64,000 nucleotides of DNA, taken from Ophelia neglecta (taxonomy: Eukaryota). The notes under the pieces are model-generated. The model did no database searches, had not been told where the DNA came from, and saw only the letters and a program-made list of their open reading frames with translations. How positions within the stretch are numbered: position 1 is the first letter of the stretch; every line of letters begins with the position of its first letter. Both the position numbers and the translations under genes were made by a program. Below are positions 12,162 to 22,595 of the stretch, one piece after another. The DNA lies in NCBI GenBank assembly GCA_965285935.1, contig OZ260663.1:76074001-76138000 (forward strand), read 5' to 3'.

Positions 12162-14599
12162 ACACATGTGTCATGCTTCCATTGTCTTCCGGTGCTCGCT
12201 GTCGGCACGACGCTCTTGTTACTCGAATTAACCTCAACTCGACATCACTGTATCCCACACTGACCGCTAACAGCGACAGTGAAATTAGATGTTGTAACAC
12301 GAGAAAAATTAAAACTGAAATTATACAGATATACTTATTCATTTTCTAGGCTTAATCCAACAGTAGAGATAATATGACCCGCCCAGTTATTGCAGTTGGA
12401 AGCTTATACATTTTCACATTTTATTCATACCATATCAAAAAACATAATTGTTTTGCCTACCACACAAGCTTGTTTTTTTTGCGTACATTTAGATCTATGC
12501 CTATTTTATTTTTGTTTAGATTTATTCAATGAACAAGCAGACTGTTCGTGAATAACATGCATGTGATTGCAATAGTAACCTAAGATGTTAAAAGAAAATA
12601 AATAAGCCTGGCCTATATGTGTATATGCTTTGCACGTGTTCGAATACGGGTGTTTCATCGCTCAGCAGTTGTGAACCGAAATGGAGGATAATGTAAGTTG
12701 ATAGGCCTACACGAGTTCTCATGGCGCTCGCAATTGTCAATTGAACAACCAATATTTGCCGTCATCCATGCATGTAAGTGGCTAGCTATAACATACTGCT
12801 TACTCTGTCTATCCTCTAGCAGGACTTACCACGTTAGACGTAAAGGGTTGAAGGTGAATAGTTTATTGACTATCAAGGATTTTAAAGGAACATTATTAAG
12901 ATCCCAACAGTACTATTTTTTATTGCCATCATGATAAATTCGACTTGATGAAACGGTGCTATTGCATGTCCAATGGTAGTTTCAGTACACCCATCAACTG
13001 TCTAGTACAGCCGAATTAAGGACGCCAAACAATAGACTGAAAGATACGGCTGATGAATTTTTCCAATAGAGGAGATAATAGCTGCTTCAAATTCCAGCAA
13101 TTGCTCCAATTGATTGCCGTCGGAGTGCAAGATGTGTGTATGGTAGATATGCTGTGGAGGTCATGCTGTATATGATGACCCTAAAGTCGGTGAGAAACGC
13201 GTTGGCTCGATCAGGGCTAGTGGCTTTCACAGTTATTTGTCTAACGAAATACATAGTATACTGAATATTATAAACCATCAGTGGAGTGAATTTGAAAATA
13301 AAAAGTTGATATATTTTTGTATTTTATTTTATTTTGATTTATACATTATATATGCCTAACCATATTTATGTGTTTTTTCTTCTATAAAGATCTCTCAGCA
13401 GTCAATTCACGCAGTGGTGCCAATAATGTTGTTATTTTTTTTTTTAGTATTATTAAATCTGTGCTTTATAAAGTGAAAACAATTGAACGCCACCCTCCAC
13501 ATATGAAGAGGATTGTAGTGTAGTCATTGGGACCAAACCAAGTCCAAGTAGCATGCGTATATGTTATGGGGGGGGGGGTTACTGGCAAAATGGGCACTTG
13601 CTCGACAATAATAACACAAGAATAGAGATCTTTTGAGACTTGGGAATCGGACTGCAGGTGGTTAGAAATAGGGGTGCTTTTTCATGCAATTTGCTCGCCA
13701 GAGATGCCTCAATGCTGTTGACTCAAATAGGCAGATGTGCTCTTAAACACAAGCTTTATTGGCCTATAGTTAATATTTCCAAGTTTCATATAGGCCTAAA
13801 TGTATTTTGATACAAATAACAATGATGCCGAAACTCTGCCATTGATTTTGGTATGCATGTATTTTCATGTTTATATGTATAACGCGTTTAGGGCGTGTAT
13901 TAATATCAATTTTGAGCATGGATACCCTTTCGATCTAACATGAGGCCCCCGAGCAGATCACCACCTGTACCACAGACACGTGGGCAGGATGAGTGATGAT
14001 TTGTCAGGACTTAAGCCCTTATCATCAGCAGGCCATTTTTCAACCTTCTCTCAACATGCGGAAGACTGCAGGAAGCAGCCATTGTCCGTTTGAAAACATC
14101 CTTTCCCGGGGTTCCTTTTCCTAAATGCCTAGGCGCAGTGACCGATAGTCGGAAACGCGTTCATCACTTACGTACACGTGGGCGACATGCTTCCAGAAGA
14201 CTGTAAATTTTCAACCATGCACCGAGCAGTCCGAGAAGACCACAGTTTCCTTGCTACACTGCTACAGCCATATATTTGTGTTGATGTTCTACTATTTTCC
14301 AGAGTAAGTCAATAATTACATATTCCTAATTCTAATCGGAAGGCCCGGTTAGGTTTTGATCTTTGAGTGACTCCCTTAAACCAAAAGCAACTACCATAAT
14401 CCAGGTGTGGCTGTTTTAAGGCAAAACTAGCAACAATGTCACCTCACTCTTCAGGAAGCTCTGATTCCTATACAAGAATTTCCGTTTACCTATTTATCTT
14501 ATTGAACACATTTTGGCCGTATTTTCACCCAACTAGGCCACCCTATAGCAAAGCATATGATGACACTGGTCCCTGTGCCTAACAGGGTCTGGGTCATAC

Positions 14600-14797
14600 T
14601 CAGTCTGTGTAGGTCTTCGAGGATCTGTGTTAGGCTCTAAGAAACTGTGTAAGACTCGTAAGACTCTGAGAACCTGTTACACATTCCAAGGATGTGTGTC
14701 AGACTTAAAGGATGTGTCAGAGAGTCAAAGGATCTGTGTCAGCCAACCGTCTGCTGCAGGTTGACTCTAAGAATATGTGTTGACTCTAAGAACATGA
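14600..14797. repeat. Degenerate ~20-bp minisatellite
   Basis: Variants of ggatctgtgtcagactctaa recur in tandem. Confidence 0.7.
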
Positions 14798-15412
14798 TGA
14801 TGGCATTTTTTTTAAATTTTCGTCCGTAAATCAATGCATTTATAATGATATAGAGATTAATGGTTTATTGTCACAAACACATATAATATGTGCAATTAAG
14901 AATATCAATAACAAATTGAGTTATAAATTAAATACAACACGCTTTACCCACTTCAATTTTGATTTCTTGCTTACCCACCCCCAACCCCACCCCCTTAAGA
15001 TCCTACTCCCACTACTCGAACAATAAACCATTTATACCTGCCATACTTTTTCAAGGACTTGTATTTGGTCTTTGATTCTTTCTCATCAAATTGGAGATTT
15101 CTTGTGTGCCTCGTAATGTTTTATCCAGGCTACCAAACGGGACCTCGTACTCGAGCAGTCGATCTGTTGCAATCATTATTATAACACGAATTGTCTTTAA
15201 AAATGATCGGTGCTGGTATCTAACTAATGTGTGTTAGTCATGAGCCTTTATAAAAATCCATGTAAACATTGAATAAGTGAAACTTCGATCTGTTTTGGAA
15301 AACAATCTCAGGCGCAGAGCTGGTCCTTTTTTCGATTTGCACATTTATTACCTGTTATATCAGACAGTGCACCTGATACCTGACCGAGGAAAACCTCTTC
15401 TAGTCTCGTCTG

Positions 15413-15810
15413 CTGGGGGGGGGGGGGCACTTCTATTACCGGGCTATAGTATAATATGGGATTATATGGGGGTGTCCCACTCCGAAAGTCGCAATTGTGA
15501 GCTAGAGCGGCCTAGCTATAGGTCCTTTATTTTGGCCAGGGTGCCCTAAATTGGGCCCCTTTTCTAATGTCAAAGCGCCTGACCTAAGGCAGATTTTATC
15601 CTAGTTGGTGAAAAAATCGAATAATAGGGTGACTAAGTTCTACAAATTCTCCAATAACTATAGGTTAAACATTTAGCCGAATGTCCCCTAACTAGTTGTG
15701 GAAAGGAAATCCCAAATCATACTTAGGGCTAATTTTTCCTAAGGATCTATGCGCTACCTAGGGCTAACTATTTTCTCAATCGGGACCTCCCTACGCAGAT
15801 GGGCACTCTA
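15413..15810. mobile_element. Probable non-autonomous DNA transposon with a G-tract terminus
   Basis: Begins with G15-cact, similar to the ends at 13568 and 34780, and carries internal ccta/tagg subrepeats. The right end is not clear. Confidence 0.35.
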
Positions 15811-16041
15811 TATAGCGTGGCTCGTGTCACAAACAAAATCATGTGGCTGGATATAGGGCTATACAATTATATAATCGATGCTTGCTTACAAATTGTTGCC
15901 AAGTTTTCCTATTCAGTATTGCAGATCATTGTCATGACTGTTTAATAAGCCTATATAAAGAGTCCCACCCTATGTATACTTATATGAGAGAGAGATAGTG
16001 TAAGGAAATCCTTAGCATATTATTAGAGCGACCTGTTTGCC

Positions 16042-17145
16042 TAAGGGTCGGATCATTTGATATTTGGGGAGGGGGGGGGGGGAACTGAGAAAATTTAAAA
16101 TTAAAAAAAATGTTTGTTTTTAGTGTGTATAGAAAAAATATTTTGGTTTGTAGTGGAAAAGAAAAAAGGTTTGATCTAATTCAGGTTAAAAAAATGTTCT
16201 GAGAACAAATGATAAAGACATTGCAAGCTACATCTATCAAAAAGGACGCACAAGGACCAGAATTTGGATTAACCAGGATTTTGATAATTATACTGGGAAT
16301 TTAGCGTGCCATATTTATCATATACTCCCACGCAGTCCTTTCTCTTCATATAAACGGATATCAAATTTGATCTTTATATGAAAGATTTGTCTTACATGTG
16401 GATAATTAATCGCTGGATACTACTAAACCCGCATCTTTCAGTCCAAAGGCGCATGCGCCTGCGTACGCCTTTCACGTGACCAGCGCGCCAGTTGGAAAAC
16501 GACAAGCCAGTGGATTTGGCAATCAAGCAGAAACTCTTTATATGCATTGACAAGGCAGTGAATGAATTAAATAAACACTAGACACGGAAAATAAAAGGCC
16601 TATGTTTTTAGACTCACAGAATTTGATTAAATACTAGCTATAAGTATTTACCCGCTATAATAGCGGTGGGTTAGATGTATTTCCGAAACTCGGGATCGGC
16701 CTTTATAATTATCCGGTAATTTAAGGTTTACTTTTTCTGAACTGATTTTGACAATTGTCCGTTATTCGGTACAAAGGATGTTAATTTACAAGGACTTAGG
16801 AATGTTCTGTTTAAGTTTCCTTGACCAAGCAATTAAGCAATCAGCTCAATTTATCTGGTTGCGGGAAAAAGCTCATTCCTAATGGCACGACGAATCATAT
16901 AGATTTTAATGATTCGTGGTTCGAGATTCGCCTGTTTTGTAGACTGGAACAAAAAACAATAATAAGTTTGAAACAAATTGTTTTATAATGCCTAATTCTG
17001 AAAAAAAAGTATGCTAAACTAAAATTCGTTTCTGCGGAAAAAGTTGTTTGTTTGAGAAAAAATTATCAGCCCCCCCCCCCCCCCCCCATCCCAATCCCCC
17101 TCCCCCCTCCCCCAAGGATATCAAATGACAAATGAATCTCCTTTA
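16042..17145. mobile_element. PIF/Harbinger-like non-autonomous element with G/C-tract subterminal repeats, probably with a nested insertion
   Basis: The left end taa|gggtcggatcatttgatatttgggg-Gn mirrors the right end Cn-aaggatatcaaatga(caaatga)atctcct|tta. It has TAA/TTA flanks and A-tract/gtttg subrepeats inside both ends. Confidence 0.6.
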
Positions 17146-17154
17146 GGGTCTAGG

Positions 17155-17700
17155 ACAAGCCAATCAATGAAGACTTAATTTACACGCCAACTTTACTGTT
17201 CTAAAAATGCTCGATTTTCAACTGCCCAATCAGCTTACGAGAGCATGCAGCAATCCTCATTGTGAAGCAGACTGCAAATAACACCAGCATGATTAATTGG
17301 GATCAATAGAAAAACAATTATTCGAGGCACCAACAATTCCCTTGATAAGGATAAGGACGGCGAAATGTTTCAGATGATGGCAACCAGACAAGGTTCTGAC
17401 GTCATCAGCAAACCAATCAGATAGCACTGTGGACACCGGAAGAGTCAAAGGGGGACGGGTGGAGAACTGGCGCAATATTTTCACAGGCGTTGAGAAAACT
17501 GGAGCTACATGAACGTACGTAAATACGCGCGCGAAAAGCTGGGGCTGGAAGTCTGCTGCTTGTTCATTCGTGTGGCCGCAAGCCTCAGAGAAGGGGCGGG
17601 AAACACGCTAGGCTGACGCTCGATATAGTTGCTTGGTTGCCACGCTTGTCGGCGGCAGGACGTGCGAGGCGTTCGTAAATATATCAAAAAGTACAGGTGG
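17155..17700 (+). promoter_or_regulatory. Candidate promoter of the three-finger gene
   Basis: Three CCAATCA boxes (~17160, ~17227, 17413), a perfect CRE TGACGTCA (17397-17404) and a CpG-rich stretch at 17500-17700; a good splice acceptor ctttgtctgtttttcag ends at 18233, upstream of the ORF. Confidence 0.5.
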
Positions 17701-18494
17701 TAGCCACAAGCCAAAGACCGAGTTTACAGATCAGGACAAGTTTGTGCAATGCTGTCTTAAACTTTTGCGTTTATCTCTTGCGCTGTGTTATCTCATTGGG
17801 AATACTTATCCAGGCCTATATTTGATCAACTTCTGTGCTTATTGTCATGATTCCTATTAATTTGAGACAGCAGTTTCCACAGAAATGCCGCTGACTTCGC
17901 CCACTCCCGACTAGGTGTAGTGTTTGCCTATATGAAGACTCAAATGGTGCTGCACGTCAATCTGCCTTCTTTCAATTGACTGCTGAATAACCTTTTATGC
18001 TACTGATACATCGATTGGAAAAGTCTACATATATCAAGTGATAAGGAATTTCCACACAGAGGTACTAAATCGCTCATTAATTCATTTTTATATAAAAGGG
18101 AGGAAGTAATCCTTGTGAGTACATTTAAACGTTCTGCCTAAATGTCACTACAACCGTGGAGAACAATTAAGATCAACATATAACTCAACGGGGCATAGAA
18201 GTTAAAAAGATAGCGCCTTTGTCTGTTTTTCAGCTGTGCTAAGGAAACCCACGTTTCTCGAAATATTCACTAAAGGTCTTTTAGACATGCAGTAGCAGTA
18301 AAGTGCAGAACATTGATATAACTGTCATGTTTTCGCCCTGACTTGCCGTCATGGTATAAAACCTGCTGTTTGATTAGAAAGTGCAATTCTGGAAAGGCTG
18401 CCAGCCCTTGGGCACTTATAGCGGTTGCCGGAATTGGGCTGTGGAGGGCATTGAGAAGGGCCGAATTGGCGCTCTGGAAAACTGCCTGTAAATC

Positions 18495-19037
18495 ATGCGT
18501 AAAACTGGCATGGCCATGGGCCGAAGCACCAAATGGATTAGGGTGGCCATTTTTCTCCTCCTTCATCACTTTTTGCAGACGTTTGTCGATGGACTGGTTT
18601 GTAATTATTGCTACAACGCCAACTTTCTGGCCGACTGCCGGATTAACTCTCGAACTTGCGGGCCGGAAAAGGTGTGCTACATCGAGGCTAGCAATATAAC
18701 CTATGATGAAAAGAGACACGGAAAGCACGGCTCAAAACTGATGAATATGTACAGGATGAAATGTGAACATTACAGTTTGTGTAAATACCGGACCAGTCAC
18801 GGACAAGGACCCTACGGCTACTCCAAAATACACATTTTCTGTTGTTGTACGGACTACTGCGAGGAGCCCGACGAGATCTCGTGGCAAGATCCCACTACAG
18901 TCATCACATGTCCGGTGCTATGGAAAAACAGAACCCTCACCAGCTCGGCCCCCTCCCCGAGGTTGTCCCATGGCGTTTATTCTGGGGTATTGGCAATAAC
19001 GGCGGTGTCCCTCCTAGCCAGACTGATCTCACTATAA
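18495..19037 (+). CDS. Ly6/uPAR (three-finger, LU-domain) protein, secreted and GPI-anchored; Lynx/quiver-like architecture
   Basis: Hydrophobic signal peptide ending VDG|LVCNYC (canonical LxCxxC start), C-terminal CCCTDYC (CCxxDxC), S/T/P-rich stalk, small-residue omega region (SSA) and hydrophobic tail GVLAITAVSLLARLISL. Single coding exon. The best Kozak context is at Met8 (gccATGg). Confidence 0.88.
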   Translation: MRKTGMAMGRSTKWIRVAIFLLLHHFLQTFVDGLVCNYCYNANFLADCRINSRTCGPEKVCYIEASNITYDEKRHGKHGSKLMNMYRMKCEHYSLCKYRTSHGQGPYGYSKIHIFCCCTDYCEEPDEISWQDPTTVITCPVLWKNRTLTSSAPSPRLSHGVYSGVLAITAVSLLARLISL

Positions 19038-20380
19038 ACTGGTCACTCTTACTGCCATGATATAGATGGGATGAAAATCAACCGGAGTAGTCATATAATC
19101 AGTTTATCAACTTCAATGAATCACCTTGATAAAGCGTTTTACAGGCCGATATGAAACCGCTGATGAATGGCACGGTATGTCGGGTGAAATGGTGATCTAC
19201 CGGTGCGGATGAGCTTTTTATCACCTGTCAAGCCGAATATGACGAAATGGGGGACAAACTTCTCAAACGATATGGTTAGATATGGAGTACTTCCCCCGTA
19301 GATTAATCGCCTGAGCTTGCCAGACTTAAATTCATTTACTGCTTCTGTCTGCTATGGCAAAAAAGAAAGTGTTTCGTCAAAAACATTATTTTGTTTTGAG
19401 GGTCTGTACTATGAATTATTACTGTGGGGACCCGATGGTTGTCAAGTAATCGAAGGGGAGTGTAATTATCGCCCACACCTGCCGAGGGGAGTGTGGTATG
19501 ATGAAAACGTCGGATAATGCCTGCGGATTCTTTCCTGGACCCCAGCAATACCGTACGAATCTTATTTTCGACCCTTATCAAAGTTGATTGAAATGCATCG
19601 ATTGCACAGTATGTCAGAAAAGTGTAACATTCCTTTCTCAGGAGGGACGTATCACTCGATCGAGCAGGGACTATTCATGTGCTCGTTTAGCGGATGTCTG
19701 ATATAATTAATCTGTCAAATTTGTGTTGGACGCTATAGCTTGGACACCCGCAGAAATGTAAATATACTTCCTCAGATCTTTTTGTATATATAACTAGATA
19801 GTGTTATGGCTCTATATGTTGCTAGTTATATTGTGTATACAGAGATGACACATATCAATGTTATATAAATCTTGTATCTTTTATGCACTTGTGTGTATAC
19901 TTGGATACTTATATATGTATCTTGGCTTTTTATGTGTTTTAGAATATGACATATAGGTCAAGTTCCCAACAGTCACCGAAGATATCAACACGACTAACAT
20001 TCAATATTCTATCTATATAGTGTTATTTAAGTAAAGGTCAAAGACCAAAGAAGCCACCATTGAGAAAAACTCTGTGCGGACCTTTGTGGGCTTCTTTTTC
20101 GATTTTGTTTCTCTTTAAAAATATACACCTCCATAAGTTACTACTTCACACATGAAGGAAAACTCTAAAAACAACATTCTAGTCTGCCTTCCATGTGTCT
20201 ATTGGTGTCAAAAGCCCTCGGTTTGTGCCTCTCAAGTCAGCCCAATTGGGGCAAAAAGCCCACGGATCTCCAATCCCAATAATGGGGCCTTTATACCCCA
20301 GATCCAATGTATGGTTACTCTAACAATATACATAAAATGTTAACACTATTGAAATAATAAAATTGTTTTTAGTAAAAACC
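19038..20380 (+). other. Putative 3' UTR of the three-finger gene
   Basis: TG/TA-rich; two Pumilio elements, TGTAAATA (19757) and TGTATATA (19783); AATAAA at 20356-20361 followed by T/GT-rich sequence. Confidence 0.5.
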
Positions 20381-22502
20381 GTGTTATTTCGAACGTTTTA
20401 TAGATTCTAAGACCATTTATTCCTTTTAAATGCCACATTTTTCATTAGATTTTATGACATGCAAAATTAAATAGAAATAACATTCACCAGCCCCTGGCCA
20501 CGGCCATTAAAGTCTGATTGAGCTGGTGTTTTGCGGTTCAATCCGACGTAGGGGTAGCACTAACAGACACAAAACGCTTGTGGTGTTGCCTCCCGGTTAG
20601 AGAGTAGAGAGAGAGGGGGGGGGGGGCGTTTACACCTGCTATAGGTAGACCTATAGCATATACGCATACACTCCCACAAGTTTGTTGTACGCCCGACTGA
20701 CACTTCCGGTTTCTCTTGGAAGCGGTCATTTATCTATATAACTAGACAATAGATTATACTCTAGTTCCATGCTTTATCTTCCCATTCCGTCGGGGTCGAC
20801 AGTTGATGTTGCCCACGCGGGAAAAAGCACTGGGCGCCTTTATAGTACGCTAACAAGTATGTCTCTGCACGACCCTTAATCTCTTTCAGCAAGACCCAAC
20901 TGGATTTCTCGATGATCATTGGCCGATGAGGTTATGTATTTGAGAAATTCCACGTATATTTGATAAGCATATACCCTCTCTAAATATCCCGATACAAATT
21001 ATTTTACTATAACTTAGCTATACATGTCTTCGACAGAAGCTACCAATGCAATTTTGGAAGGCTGACATCTCAACCTGTTTATTAAATGCATTCAGTCTCG
21101 TGGCTTTATATGACGTATCACAGCTCTAGATATAAGCATGTTTGCCTACTAGTAGGAGCTTTGAGATGCCCTCTTTCCCTTATGACCCCTTAAATTAAAT
21201 ATAACAGATAGAGACCTGCATGTCAGTCTGTTATGTGGTTTGTTTCTGCATCAGTTGCATGCCAACTACAATGTAGAAGGGCAAACGAGGGCAATTGGGT
21301 CTTCAGCGAAATCGATCAAATCAGCCCCGGCCTGGGGTATTATTCATCATGGCTAACATTGAGCCCTTTATTTCCATGTAAATTAGTTTTAGTCCCACGC
21401 CTACATTGTCCGCATACTTGCAGGCACATTGATCGTTTCCCGGCGGCTTCACTCCATTCCATTTTTATTTTGGGATATGAAAACCGCCAACCGTGTGCGC
21501 TACCTCGCATGCAATGGATATTCGTCAGAATGGTTCGAACGTTCCATAATCAGCTTGGTAAGCTTCTGTTAGGTGAATACCATTGTACAGATTGCGCAAA
21601 ATAACATATCACTGGTCTACTTTATTCATGATTTGTATGAAGAAAAATACGTCTTGTTCCTTCTAGGCGGGCGAGATTGGAACCTGCAGGGTCCTCCGGG
21701 GTTTGGGGGTGGGGCTGGGGGTACCGGCGACCAATGGCGTCACCCAGATAATCATCCCTGCCAGATCCCCATGCCGTACATTAGCTGTCGTTCCAAGGAC
21801 AAGAATATACATGTTCGTTTGGAAACGATGTCTGTTGAATGGCTGCGGGGTCGTTGTTTTTTGCCGTTTACACTGGTTGGACCCTCAGTACATAAACGGT
21901 GTCAGTAGATACCTTATGTGACCCCCCCCCCCCCCCCCCACTTTTAAATTTCCTGACGGCAACCTTCCCTAAACCCTAAGGCTGGTTGGCTCGCCCTCTG
22001 ATGTTTGAGCATCAGACGAAAGGTTTGAGAGATGTTCTAGGTCAAGAGATCTGCCCTGCCCCAACCCTTGGCCATGAACATTGCCCCCCCCCCCCTCCCT
22101 CCCACTCCCATTTCAGGCCCGTTTATGTATCAGTATATGTATATCAGTTGACACTCTCTGTACCGAAGGATTTGGCTGAACAGACAATGACATTGAATGT
22201 TAAGGCTAAAACTAAATACACAAAGTGTTGAAGCTCCCATAAATTAACACATCACAAGGTGTTTAAAAAATTACCATTTAGCATACTAGGCAGAAAAAGA
22301 AGGAAAATCAAAACTTGAAGGCCATTAAAATTAAATTAAATTTAAAATTTTATTGAATTATCTAAGCAAAAACAATTCACTGATATAATCCGGTGGAGTA
22401 AATGATAATTATCAAAAATATCGAAAATATTCGCTTAGTTTTCACTATACTATATATTAATTTTAAATGTTAATGTCATTGTGATATATAAGCATTTTCT
22501 AG

Positions 22503-22595
22503 ATTACCCTGCTCACAGACAGCAGTAAATTGCCTTGATCGGGAGATCAGTCTCTATATCGATCTTCAGTAGGCCTATACTGTGAGCAGAGTAAT
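22503..22595. mobile_element. 93-bp mini-MITE or hairpin with 16-bp inverted ends
   Basis: attaccctgctcacag ... ctgtgagcagagtaat (15/16 match). Confidence 0.55.

Noticed and set aside
18270-18728. 152-aa antisense and 118-aa alternate-frame ORFs over the three-finger gene
   Set aside because: Non-ATG starts and no recognisable features; the 180-aa frame explains the locus.
19150-19210. CTGATGA...GAAA hammerhead-like core (also checked ~54465-54500 on the minus strand)
   Set aside because: Stem II does not close next to the core, and stems I and III are not convincing.
21600-21900. GC-rich stretch with short ORFs on both strands and a minus-strand AATAAA
   Set aside because: No consistent exon structure or recognisable protein could be built.
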